Of a DNA stretch of 64,000 nt, positions 26,135-38,398 are shown piece by piece. The stretch comes from Octopus vulgaris (Eukaryota). The notes beneath the pieces are model-generated. The model was not told the origin of the DNA, ran no database searches, and worked only from the letters and a program-made list of their open reading frames with translations. The stretch lies in assembly GCA_951406725.2 (NCBI GenBank), contig OX597824.1, positions 59,024,001-59,088,000 of the forward strand, written 5' to 3'. A program made the position numbers and the translations under genes. Numbering within the stretch: position 1 is the stretch's first letter; each line of letters starts with the position of its first letter.

Positions 26135-28470
26135 ATTTTTCTCCTTTTGGAACTACCTCCAACAATTCAGTAACTTCCATGAGTACATTTTCCTTGTAAC
26201 CCTGTCTTCAGCAAACCTTTTCAGCTGACTTATTTGTCCTTTATGTTCCCATTTCGAACATTTTATGTACAACATTTTACCGACCCGTTTTATTATTTTT
26301 GCTGTCTTCCCAACCTTCTTTTCTATTTCTGTACTCTTTCAAAACACCTTATCACCAGTTTTTCAATACTTGGTAGAATTTATAGTGTTCTCCCTAGTTT
26401 TTAGTTTCTTCCGGGTAATAACTTGTGAGCATCATTTCAACATGGGGTTTGCATGAACAGGTACTTGTGTTTGGGGTTACACAGTAAACTCTCAGGAATT
26501 GTATCAATGTTACATCATCTACTAACTCATTTCCGGATTGCTTTAGCGCCCTTTTGAACGTGTCCACAAAGCATTCAGCTAATCCGTTCGATCTTGGGTG
26601 ATATGGAGGTGTAGTGATATGTTCAATTGCGTACATCTTGCAAATATGCATTCGCCATAAATTGCGTACCATTATCGGAGACTATGTTATCCGGGACACC
26701 ATTCCACGCAAAACGTTCGTGCAGAATTTCCACTGTTACTGTGGAGTTCAGTTTTCGACATTCACACATTTCTGGCCATTTTGTAAAGCTAAACTACCAC
26801 TGTTAGATAATGATCCGTTTAACATTGAAATTTTATAGGTGGTGATTTCGCTGCAAGAGCACAACCTCTGCAGTATTTTACCAACTTCTCAATGTCTAGA
26901 TTCATTTTTGGCCAGTAAACTTTACTCTTCATAAGCGACTTCGTGTGGAATTTCTTTAATATTCGATTTTGTAGTGAGACAGGCATTACGGCCCTCTGTG
27001 CATACATAAGAACACTATCACATATCGGATACAAATTCGAAACCGTGATACGTCCACCCACATGTATGTTTTTATTTGTTTCTTCTGATCTCACTATTTA
27101 TTTTCATTCTCATGATTAACTCGTCCGTCTCGGCCTTCATTTTTATTTCCCCCAAAGCCACAGGCAATTCTCGCACAACGTTGCACAATGTATATTTTTA
27201 TTTCATTCTCGGCTCCTAACGCCGCAATCACTGTGTTCTTCTAGTGGTTCTCTGCATTTTGGTATTGACCTTGACAAACCATCTGCATTTTTTATATAGC
27301 AAATACTCCATTTTGAAGTCATAATTCAGTAGGATTGTTCCCCTGCTCTGTAATGTGTTGTCTGTATGTGTGAGGATACTCGTTTTTTATCCATAGATCG
27401 ACAATAATGGGCAGTGATCTGTATATGGAATATTCTTCCATGTATAAATTTATGGAATTTTTCTACTGCAAATATGATGGCTAATGCTTCCTTTTCTATT
27501 TGACTGTAATTTTTCTCAGCCGACAATAATGAACGCAAAGCCTGAACTACGGCTTTCAGGCTACCATCTTCATATTTGTGTAAAATCACAGCTCCTATAC
27601 CACTTTCACTAGCATCTGATGCTACTGCTATTTCTAAATTCGGGTCAAAATATGATAATGACAATTCCGACGGTATGACATTTTTAATTTCTTCAAAAGC
27701 TTTTTGGCATTTGTCCGACCAATTCCGCTTAACTTCTTTTTTAATAAGTTATTCAGAGGTGCTCTTAAATCATGCATATTCGGTATATATACCTAGTAGT
27801 AATTTGCAGGCCCCCAAAATGTTTGAAACGTTGTAATGTTTGTCAGAGGAGGCATATTTTTTATTTCACTCGCCCTTGACGGGTCTGGTTTGCGTCCATT
27901 TTCATCAATAACCTGCCCTAGATATTTTATTCCTGGCATAAAATATTCACTCTTTTCCTCGCATAATCTTTTATTTCTTCGAAGTCCCTTTTAACATGCT
28001 CAACATGTTGACCCGAGATTCACTTTTTATGAATATGTCGTCAAAGTAAGCTACAGCGAAATCCGAACCTGCGAGCATAGTGTCCATAACTTGTTGGTAA
28101 ATGCCAGATGCTACCTTTATACCAAAAGGAAGTCGATTAAATTTATACAATCATTTATGGGTATTTATTGTCAATAACTTTGAACATTCGTCATCAACTT
28201 GTACCTTCAAGTATGCTTCAAATAGGTTCAAATTTGTAAAAATCATTTTCCTCCATTCAACAACTACAGAAACATTTCCCCCGGGCTTGGTAACAAGTAA
28301 TTATACGGCATCAAACATCTATTTAAACCTATTGAAAAATCAGCGCATACCAGGATTTTATTATTTTTTCTTGACATAAATTCTTGCTGACACCCATTTA
28401 TTATAATCAATTTTTTCAACAACCATAATTAACTGATCCTCCTGTATTTTCTTTCACCCAAAGCGAGGAA
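26135..28470 (-). mobile_element. decayed Ty3/Gypsy pol (RT-RNaseH-integrase), no LTR recognised
   Basis: RT RLPFGIKVASGIYQ..AYFDDIF; RNaseH VASDASESGIGAV..NYSQIEKEALAIIFAV; integrase VYWPKM..CRGC and TPPYHPRSNGLAE. The domain order is gypsy-type. Confidence 0.92.
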
Positions 28471-28854
28471 CTTTTCAGCACCCCTCATATATATTATGTA
28501 TCTATGAATGCATATATATATATGTGCTCATTATTGTGTTTATTTAAAGCCACAATCGAAAACCAGAAATTCTGCTTTTTTTTTTTTTTAATACTTCAAT
28601 TCCAAATAGTAAGAGAACCTTTTATTTTTTCACAAAACAGATTGAGCTGACTATAAACGGACTTAGTTACCTAATGAAGTGTTTTTTATTATCTCGAAAT
28701 ATTCGAATATTAAAAATAGAATTTTTATACTCTTCTACACCTTTGTTTCAAATTTGCTAACAACCCACATTTTATTCTGTTTTATTAACACAAATCATCT
28801 TGCTCACACATCGCAATGCTTCAGAGAATGTTCAAACACCTATACACACACACA

Positions 28855-28856
28855 TG

Positions 28857-28890
<34 letters not shown>

Positions 28891-29033
28891 TGTATGTATG
28901 TATGTATGTATGTATGTATGTATGTATGTATGTGTGTGTGTATGTATGTATGTATGTATGTATGTATGTATGTATGTGTGTGTGTGTATGTATGTATGTA
29001 TGTATGTATGTATGTATGTATGTATGTATGTAT

Positions 29034-29098
<65 letters not shown>

Positions 29099-29113
29099 TG
29101 TATGTATGTATGC

Positions 29114-29205
<92 letters not shown>
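28855..29205. repeat. (TATG)n/(TG)n/(TA)n microsatellite
   Basis: Read directly from the sequence. Confidence 0.95.
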
Positions 29206-29206
<1 letters not shown>

Positions 29207-29408
29207 AACGTATGTGTATTTTTTCAATGTGTACAAATAGCACGGAAAAAATAAATAGTTACCAGGGTAGCAAAAGTTCACACAAGTGCTAAGGATATTA
29301 CACCCTGCTTATAAAGATAGAAATTCCAGGGTTGAGTGAAATGTTTTTGTATTACATAGAAAATTAAGAAATGGAATCAAACGCAGGTGTTATTCAAATC
29401 ATTTATGC

Positions 29409-29496
29409 TTCCCACATATGTTTCGAAGAAAGCATGGATATTATTCTGGAGGAAATAAAAATTATGTAAAACAAATGCAATCATCTCGTCAGGGAA
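29409..29496 (-). ncRNA. hammerhead relative of the 30837 type, with a G at the cleavage site and probably inactive
   Basis: Minus strand TTCC-CTGACGA-GATGA..TCTTC-GAAA-CATATG-TG-GGAA. Confidence 0.65.
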
Positions 29497-29878
29497 AAAA
29501 GAGAAACAATTTGTTTCAAATTTATGAATGAGAGTACGTAAATAGTGAAAGCTAGTATTAATTGTGTAAGAGTGTAATAGTGTAAGATAATCTATAAATC
29601 TATAGGGAAACTGGTAATCTCAACGGTAGATGAGATATCTAACTCCATTTAACTTACAACTTGCTGACATATTATATAACAAAAGACAGGCGACATGTAA
29701 TATGTCTGTTTACTTTCATTTCTGTCTTCACTAACGTTGAGTTCTATCATACGGTATTTAATAGCCTCTGTTTCTCCTTCTTTCTCTCTCGGTATATAAG
29801 TGATGTAGTGTGTACATATCTGTAGATAGACATGCATGCATAAATATATATATATATATATATATATGCATGTATATA

Positions 29879-29948
<70 letters not shown>

Positions 29949-30120
29949 CCTATCTATATCTATATCTATATATATATATAAATAAATGAAAGAATGGAGT
30001 CGCTTCAACCGTGTTTCTGACGTGAATTTGCTACCCAGGTTTCAGTTAAACGAATTTTCCATGCTGACGATAAACATAGGATAATTCATTCACCGATAAA
30101 CATAGGATAATTCATTCACC

Positions 30121-30198
<78 letters not shown>

Positions 30199-30303
30199 TA
30201 TGTGTATGCATATATATCTTGATATATACATATACATACATATATATATATATAAATAAATGAAAGAATGGAGTCGAACGAAGATGTTAACAACATTCCT
30301 TTA

Positions 30304-30385
30304 CTCTCGACATATGTTTCGAAGACAGCATGATTTCATTCCAAAGGAATAAAGGGTGCATTATGCAATCTTCTCATCAGGAAAG
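30304..30385 (-). ncRNA. type I hammerhead ribozyme (inverted copy)
   Basis: Reverse complement of 30837-30918 with the core and stems intact. Confidence 0.8.
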
Positions 30386-30836
30386 AAAGGGAGCCTCTCA
30401 GGACAACAAGACAAACAAAAATTTCGATGATTGCCTACATGGTAAACAAAGCGATAATGAGTGTTTTTTTAAAAAAACCGTTAGAAGAATTGACGTCAAA
30501 AATAGATAGTAGGAAGAGAAGAGATAAAGGAATAATAGGTAGGGAACAAGTGGAGAGGGAAAGGTACGTTGATTGAAAGAATGTTCGAAGGCTTAGGAAA
30601 GAATTTCTCTGTTGTAGTGGGGTGGACGTAAAGCTAATTGTTCAAACCACAGTGACTATCGTTATCATTTATATGTTCCCTACCTATTATTCCTTTATCC
30701 CTTCTCTTCCTACTATCTATTTTTGACGTCAATTCTTCTAACGGTTTTTTTTAAAAGACACTCATTATCGCTTTGTTTACCATGTAGGCAATCATCGAAA
30801 TTTTTGCTTGTCTTGTTGTCGAGAGAGGCTCCCTTT

Positions 30837-30918
30837 CTTTCCTGATGAGAAGATTGCATAATGCACCCTTTATTCCTTTGGAATAAAAACATGCTGTCTT
30901 CGAAACATATGTCGAGAG
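30837..30918 (+). ncRNA. type I hammerhead ribozyme
   Basis: CTTTC-CTGATGA-GAAGA[TGCAtaaTGCA; TTTATTCCtttGGAATAAA]TCTTC-GAAA-CATATG-TC-GAGAG. Stem III is palindromic and the GUC cleavage site is after 30913. Confidence 0.82.
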
Positions 30919-31175
30919 TAAAGGAATTTTGTTAACATCTTCGTTCGACTCCATTCTTTCATTTATTCATATACAACACACAAATTTCTGCACATGAACC
31001 CGGAGTTTCTACAATTGACAGGTCGCTTCAACCGTGTTTCTGACGTGAATTTGCTACCCAGGTTTCGGTTAAACGAATTTTCCATGCTGACGATAAACAT
31101 AGGATAATGCATTCACCTACTTATATATATATATATATATATATATACATACATATATGTATACGTATATATATA

Positions 31176-31390
31176 TTCTTTTACTTGTTTCGGCCATTTG
31201 ACTGTGGTCATACTGGAGCACCGCTTTCACTTGACTAAATCGACCTCAGCACTTATTCTTTGTGAGCCTAGTACTTATCTATCGGTTTTATTTGCCGAAG
31301 CGGTAAGTTACAGGGACGGAAACACACCAACATCGGTTGTCAAGCGATAGTTAGTGGTGCGGGAAATAAACAGAGATACAAATACATACA
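31176..31390 (-). mobile_element. SINE family A 3' part
   Basis: TTCTTTTACTTGTTTCGGCCATTTGACTGTGGTCATACTGGAGCACCGC. Confidence 0.8.
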
Positions 31391-31394
31391 TACA

Positions 31395-31439
<45 letters not shown>

Positions 31440-31443
<4 letters not shown>

Positions 31444-32140
31444 GAGACCAAAAGTATACGTACACCGCTATATGTATATATAAAACAACAACAACAAAAA
31501 ATGGAACAAGAACGTAACAGGCAACAACAGAACATTCGGGCAGTTAGACGATACAAAAAAGGATCGGAAAAAACAAGGACGTGTCATTTGGAGCTTTCAG
31601 TCCTCAGTCGAGTACCAGATCATCTTTGTAGTTTCGGCTGCTTACTCTCAAGACTACTCTAATCTGGCCCGCTCCAAGAAAATCTAAGCTAAGAGCTCTA
31701 GATTCATTCGAAGAAAGCAAGCGAATGTATACGAAAACAAGGATGAAAAAAAATAACGGAGAAATGATACACAATTACAAATACAAACAAGAGGACATTA
31801 ACAACAGGTGTCTTTCGACTAAGGACGAAATAAAGTTGGCGTGTTTAGAAGTGAAGCCTTAAGGCAGGAACATAAGCGATGAAAGTCATAGGAAGGAATA
31901 TAAGAGATGTTACACGGATGGTAATCGAACCAAGAGAGAAAGGTAGGCTTGGCCGAACACCGGTCACGTGAAAGGAGAGGCGAGAGGTAGGGGTAGAGTA
32001 ATTGAAAAGTTAGGAAGTTACGAGAAGGAGAGAAAAAAGGAAAGAAACAGAGTGAGGTAAACGAAGGGAAGGCCAAGAAATGTGAGAGAGGGTTGGAGCG
32101 AGAGAGGGAAGGAACGAAGAAAGGGTGAAGTAGACAAAAG
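31440..32140 (-). mobile_element. non-coding repeat related to 15272-16080
   Basis: The minus strand has a pyrimidine-rich tract, CACGTGACC and CGAAACT..ATCTGGT..ACTGAGGA in the same order as 15272-16080. Confidence 0.5.
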
Positions 32141-32157
32141 CAAAGAATAAAAGAGTT

Positions 32158-32560
32158 GTACATGGTTCCGGGTTCATTCCCACTACGTAGTACCTTGGGT
32201 AAGTGTCTTCTACTATAGCCTCGGGCAGACCAAAGCCTTAAGAGTGGATTTGGTCCGTCGTATATAAGTATGCATGTATGTATGTATGTATGTATGTATG
32301 TATGTATGTATGTATGTATGTATGTATGTATGTATGCATGTATGTATGTATGTATGTATGTACGTATTTGTATGGGTGTGTTTGTCCTCACCACCATCGC
32401 TTTACAACCAATGTCGGTGGGTTTACGTTCTTGAAACTTAGCTGTTCGGCAAAAGACACAGATAAATTAAGTATTACAATTACAAAGAATAAATCTTGGA
32501 GTTGATTTGTTCCACTAAATTTGGTGCTGCAACATGGCTGCAATCAAATGACGACAAGAG
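32158..32560 (+). mobile_element. SINE family A copy, 5' end missing, with internal (TATG)n
   Basis: CATGGTTCCGGGTTCATTCCCACT..CCTTGGGTAAGTGTCTTCTACTATAGCC. Confidence 0.8.
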
Positions 32561-32687
32561 TACATGTGTGTGTGTGTGTGTTTCTGTATCTGTGTGCGTG
32601 TCTGTATGTATGTGTGCCTATCGCTGTACCTCCGGCATTTTCTCCCACCTTGTTTCTGGTATATATATATATATTATACATATACAT

Positions 32688-32823
<136 letters not shown>

Positions 32824-33326
32824 GCGTCTGTATAAAGCCGGAAAGTTAAAAGAGCATAGAAGTACAACTCTTTAATCTTTTCTGAAGAAGATAATATAAA
32901 AGTAGAATGAAAGTGTGTGTGTGTGTGTGTGTGTATGTGCGCATGTGTGTGAGAGAGAGTGAGAGAGAGAGGAGAGAGAAAGGAGATAAAGGAGAAGTTA
33001 GTATTAATTGTGTGTAACATGACATTATTTTCCAGAGAAACATCATTGAAGTCGAAGCCTGATAAAAATCGGAACGTGTGTCTTTTGTTAAAAAGTGAAA
33101 GCATGATATATGATTAGTGAAGTAAAGTTCTTTGATGTCGGTCATAAAGTGGATGTATTTTGAAATTACTACACAAATACCATTTCTCTGATATCAATCA
33201 AACACTTTCAAGTTTACAAGTTTTATGTCAAATGAAATAATACCAGAAAACGATACACGTATGCTGCTTTAACATAGCTATGCTATTTCATGAACAACGA
33301 TCGCTGTTTTATGTATTGGCGGCCAG

Positions 33327-33369
<43 letters not shown>

Positions 33370-33370
33370 C

Positions 33371-33472
<102 letters not shown>

Positions 33473-33582
33473 TTCTGTCTCTAGCTAGCCTACTAGCTAG
33501 CTACAGTCACACACACACACGTCTGTATGTATATGTATGTGTGTGTATGTATATGTATGTGTGTGTATGTATGTATATGCAC

Positions 33583-34040
33583 ACCGTAAATCCTCGAGTA
33601 TAGTACGCCCTTGAGTATAATACGCAGGGGATTTTTAGGGGGTTGTACCTCTGCAAAACTTAAACCTTGTGTATAATACGCACCCCTTCCCTAACTTGAC
33701 TCGTGCGTAATTAAGCCAGCAGCATCTAGTCGAACAAACACTTCGGCGCATGCGAAATACAATAATGATGTTCTTAACTGTTATATGGGAATGTAAATAT
33801 GTTTGCAAATTGTTTTTGTTACATGTTATTCTCTGTTCTGGATGCTTTTATTTTAATAAATGTTGCTTACTGCAAGTTATAGATGATTCTTCATTTCTTT
33901 CAGGCTTAGCTTAAGGTATTTTCGCGTCCGACATCACAAAATGCGTCTGAATAAACATTGCAGCACAGCAAATAGAGCCTCGGACATTACTTAGAAAATA
34001 TTTTTCATTTTTGACCTCGTATATAGTACGCACTAGGGAT
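33583..34040 (+). mobile_element. Tc2/pogo-like non-autonomous DNA transposon fragment
   Basis: Starts CCGTAAATCCTCGAGTATAGTACGC, with reiterated GTATA(A/G)TACGC subterminal motifs at ~33613, ~33671 and ~34018. Confidence 0.55.
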
Positions 34041-34507
34041 TAGAATTTATGGAGAGTCAAAGTTGGGAACAAAAAAATACCAGTAGAGACATATATTGTT
34101 ATATTTCCTGACGGTCATTTTTTTTTTCTGTTGCCAAATACACGCACTATATACTCGTTCTTCACTCGTTTATTACTGTTCATAGCTTATCTTATGTCAA
34201 TTGTCTGGAAATATTTCGTCACACATCTTCATCGACCCTTTCCGTTCACGTGTATACTCCTGCTCCGCTTAGTCTATTCTAGCCTCCTTCTGTGATAAAT
34301 AACCTTATATGCGCATGTGTAGGCGTCCGTATCTGTGTATATATATATAGTCATATCCGTAGCTGATGATGGAGAGTTGCGTTAGGTTGGTATGGCTGCT
34401 ATTGTATGCGCGGATAAGTTTGATAAGACATGCATTTGATATTACATATATATGTGTGTGTGTGTATGTGTGTGTGTGTGCGTGTGTATAAACACAGACA
34501 CATACAT

Positions 34508-34538
<31 letters not shown>

Positions 34539-34619
34539 TAGTCAGACAGGTAGACAGACATACAGACATACAGACATACAGACATACAGACAGACAGACA
34601 GACAGATAGGTAGGTAGGC

Positions 34620-34674
<55 letters not shown>

Positions 34675-34679
34675 CAGAC

Positions 34680-34745
<66 letters not shown>

Positions 34746-37460
34746 GTTTCTTTATTGGCCACACAGGGCTGCACACAGATGGGACAAGTTACAAGGTAGA
34801 GCTTTTCTTTTGGGGGATGAAGAGAACAAAAAACAAAAGAAAAAAAAGGGGTGGCGTAGGTTTTCGATCAAGAGGGATCGTAAAAGGGAAGAAAGGAACA
34901 AAAACAAAAAAACAAAAAAATTGAATAAAATAAAAAGAATAAAAAGAAAAAAAGAAAAGGAAAAGGAACAAAAGGAAAGAGGAATGAAAAAGAAGAAAAA
35001 AGGGGAAAAAAAGGGGAAGAGGAAAAACAAGAACGATCAATAGGGATCGTGTATCACAGTGTTATGATATATGGTGTAAAGGGAAAGCAAGTAAGGTTTA
35101 TCCGTGGGAAGAAAAGCCTACGAAAAAGACCACGGTAACCTTGCTCAATATTGTTATATGTTACCACATTTGTTTGCAAGTGGGTAACCCTCTGTTTTCA
35201 ATTTCTGGGTTCATAGGATTATGCTCAAGGTGGCTTCGTCATTCATACGTGCCATCCTTGCTACATTCACCCATCTTTTTTAAAACATTCGCTAGACAAA
35301 ACTTGCCTCTCTACTCTCACTTTCCTTTTCAAGTGGTACTTGAAGAAGTTGATGAGAGATTGACCAGAGAGGAAAGTGTTTGTCTCCAATCCTTTCAGAC
35401 GCGTCCACCAGATACATTCTTTCGCCATAGCCACAAGGATGATGAAAATAGCTCTTCCTTCCCGTTTGAAGGAAGGAGGCGTGACAATATTGACGATAGA
35501 CTCAGCTGATAAACCGACTCGTCCCACACGTGACAGCAGTTGTTCGACATAAGCCCACAGGTCGGAAATTGTTGGACACTGCACGAGTGCGTGCAGAACG
35601 GTTTCGTCGCTCTGACCGCATCTCGGGCAGGTCGGCCCCGTGTTTCTCGAGCCGTGTCTGTAGAGCTTATCCCGAACGGGTAGCGCTTCTCGGTAGCACT
35701 GCCAGGCCAGGGATCTCTGGAAGTTGTCCATGGGCCCTGGCCCGAAAGTCGTCCTGAACAGGCGGGTCAGGTACTCCTCGTCGACGTCCAGGTTCGCCCC
35801 GAGCTCGTCGTCGTACCTCCCCTCCACTAATCCCCTATAGAATGCTTTGGTTGTGTTGAAGTCACTCAAGGTCGACCCGGGACGGCAGAGTTGCTTGAGA
35901 GCAACGCGACACTCGCGGTGCCAATCGCCCTTCCTCGGCCTCTTTTTGATCCACGACTGCAGTTCGGTCATGGAGACGAGCTGCGGGAAAGCGTGCCTCA
36001 CAAACGGCGACCACACCTGTTCACCGTCGTCTACATAGAGCCAGAGATGTCGCAGTCTCAGCGCGTGTCTGCGCATCATCAACCACGGCATGCCCAGCCC
36101 TCCTTTGAGCGGGTGTTGACAGCAAATGGATCGCCTGACCATCGGGACGCATCCTTTCCACAAGAAGCGAAAGAGAATGCGTTGTAGTTTGGTGATGGTA
36201 GGGTCGGGACAAGGTACGACGGTCAGGCGGTAGTAGATGACGGACGCGATGTACGTGTTCGCCACCTCCGCCCGACCTTTTAGAGACAGTTTCTTCTCGG
36301 CCCATTGCCGGGCGAGAGTGACCACCCTACTCGTTATCTCGTTCCAGTTCTTCTCCACTTGGAGGTCCGGACCAAACCAGACCCCGAGCAACTCAACCGG
36401 GCCGTCGGTCCAGCGTCCCACGACGGAGGCGCTGGTTGACGGCATGGGCTTGCTTCTCCAGGTGCCTAGTCGCAAGCCCACTGACTTTTCCCGGTTGATT
36501 TTCGCTCCTGTCACCGCTTCGTAGTTTTTCAGTGTCTCGCCGACCTGCTCGATGTGCTCGTGGCTAGACACTATGACGGTGACGTCGTCCGCGTATGCAG
36601 ACACGCTCGTCCCGCATCCCAGTTCTCGCGGGATGCCCCTCAAAGTTGCCAGCTTCCGCAATAATGGCTCGAGAGTCAATACGTATAGAAGCCACGAGAG
36701 GGGGCATCCCTGACGGACCGATAGTGCGATGTCGAAGGGTCTCGATAGATGTCCATTCACGCGAATTACCGAACGGATGCCTCTGTACAAAGCGGCTATC
36801 CAGCCGCGGAAGACGGGACCGAAGCCTGCCGCTCTGAGGACCGCCTCCAAGTATCGATGGTCTACCCTATCGAAAGCTTTCGATTGATCCAAATTGATCA
36901 GCGCCCCGCCCATGCCAGGTTCGTTAACTACCCTGTCTATGATGTAGCGCATCAGGTAGAGGTTGTCATGGATGGTCCGGCCCGGCACGGCGCATGTTTG
37001 CGCCCTGTCGACCAGTTTCTCGATGACAAGCGCCAATCTCTTGGCTAGCACCTTGGCCAAAATTTTCAAGTCTGCATTAAGCAGAGTGATGGGCCTAAAG
37101 TTATCTATTACATTTCCCTTGTTTAGATCTTTCTTCAGCAGTGTTACGGCTCCTCGGCTCACAAAACCAGGAATGTTCCCGTTTTGCTGCCAGTTGCAGT
37201 ACACCGCCGCCAAGAGATCTCCAAACAAGTCTGGCATACAATTGCAAAGCTCGTAGGGTAGACTATCCAAACCCGGTGATTTGTCCCTCGAGCATTCTGC
37301 CATCGCCTCCTGCACTTCCGCCGCCGTGATAGCACCTTCGCAGCACCCTGCCCTTCTTGTCGAGAGTCGTGGTAGGCTATGTAGGTAGGCACTGAAGTCC
37401 ACCCTACGTTCTTGCCCTCCACTCGTCACGAACAGTCGGGCAAAATGCTGCTGAAAGGCC
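34746..37460 (-). mobile_element. young 5'-truncated Tx1/L1-clade LINE inserted in (GATA)n
   Basis: It contains the ORF2 below and a 3' UTR ending GGCCAATAAAGAAA. (GATA)n flanks both sides, at 34621-34744 and 37461-37537. Confidence 0.93.
35267..37459 (-). CDS. Tx1-type ORF2 reverse transcriptase, N-terminally truncated with no endonuclease domain
   Basis: Open frame of 720+ aa: KSPGLD, NFRPITLLNADLKILAKVLA, LDQSKAFDRVDH, VRQGCPLS, AYADDV, LLGV, GGLG and the CPRC..ETVLHALVQC zinc knuckle. A probable 1-bp frameshift lies in the A-run near the C terminus. Confidence 0.92.
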   Translation of the reverse strand, partial: AFQQHFARLFVTSGGQERRVDFSAYLHSLPRLSTRRAGCCEGAITAAEVQEAMAECSRDKSPGLDSLPYELCNCMPDLFGDLLAAVYCNWQQNGNIPGFVSRGAVTLLKKDLNKGNVIDNFRPITLLNADLKILAKVLAKRLALVIEKLVDRAQTCAVPGRTIHDNLYLMRYIIDRVVNEPGMGGALINLDQSKAFDRVDHRYLEAVLRAAGFGPVFRGWIAALYRGIRSVIRVNGHLSRPFDIALSVRQGCPLSWLLYVLTLEPLLRKLATLRGIPRELGCGTSVSAYADDVTVIVSSHEHIEQVGETLKNYEAVTGAKINREKSVGLRLGTWRSKPMPSTSASVVGRWTDGPVELLGVWFGPDLQVEKNWNEITSRVVTLARQWAEKKLSLKGRAEVANTYIASVIYYRLTVVPCPDPTITKLQRILFRFLWKGCVPMVRRSICCQHPLKGGLGMPWLMMRRHALRLRHLWLYVDDGEQVWSPFVRHAFPQLVSMTELQSWIKKRPRKGDWHRECRVALKQLCRPGSTLSDFNTTKAFYRGLVEGRYDDELGANLDVDEEYLTRLFRTTFGPGPMDNFQRSLAWQCYREALPVRDKLYRHGSRNTGPTCPRCGQSDETVLHALVQCPTISDLWAYVEQLLSRVGRVGLSAESIVNIVTPPSFKREGRAIFIILVAMAKECIWWTRLKGLETNTFLSGQSLINFFKYHLKRKVRVERQVLSSECFKKDG

Positions 37461-37469
37461 TAGATAGAC

Positions 37470-37538
<69 letters not shown>

Positions 37539-37601
37539 TTCATTTGTATGCGAGGAGTCTGAGAGCGCGAAGGAAGGAATGACGTCTGAAAGTTTTGCTA
37601 T

Positions 37602-37681
<80 letters not shown>

Positions 37682-37769
37682 TAGAAGAGGAGGACGAGCA
37701 GGAGAGGAAGGAGGAGGACGAGCAGGAGAGGAGGAGGAGGACGAGCAGGAAGAAGAAGAAGAAGAAGAA
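37602..37769. repeat. (TAG)n followed by a GAG/GAA-rich tract
   Basis: Read directly; GGAGGACGAGCAGGA occurs three times. Confidence 0.9.
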
Positions 37770-38031
37770 GCTATCGCAGTACTGAACTCGCACTTTATTT
37801 ATCGATCTCAAAACGACGAAAGCTAAAATCAGGGCGCAGAGAACCGCAGCTCTAATGGAATCACACACACGCAGACATCCAAGCACACTCGCATAACCAT
37901 GTAGATGCATGCACTCATCTCGAATTTTCCTCTTTTCTCCCTCCCTCTCTCCCTTGTCTCTCACCCTCCCACAACCCCTTCCTCCCTCTCTTTGTCTCTC
38001 TCTCTCTCTTACCACTTCTCTCGATGTTTAG

Positions 38032-38136
38032 AAACCACCAATGGTGTACAACAAATGTTATGCTTACTCTCCAAGTTACTTAAAGAAGTTCAGCTTCAAA
38101 TGTTGGCCAGTTTGTGGCAACTTTCGAGATCGACTT
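38032..38136 (+). other. candidate 105-nt internal exon of an unidentified gene
   Basis: Long polypyrimidine tract with a TTTAG acceptor and a GTACGT donor. The length is divisible by 3 and two frames are open. Confidence 0.3.
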
Positions 38137-38173
38137 GTACGTCTTCCTTGCTTCTCCCCACATACACACCCTA

Positions 38174-38398
<225 letters not shown>

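Larger units (their letters stand above)
29981..31119 (+). mobile_element. non-coding Penelope-derived/retrozyme-like element with ~294-bp inverted arms and ~96-bp direct repeats
   Basis: Inverted arms at 30255-30548 and 30674-30967 differ by a few mismatches. Direct repeats lie at 29999-30094 and 31022-31117. Each arm carries an HHR. Confidence 0.8.
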
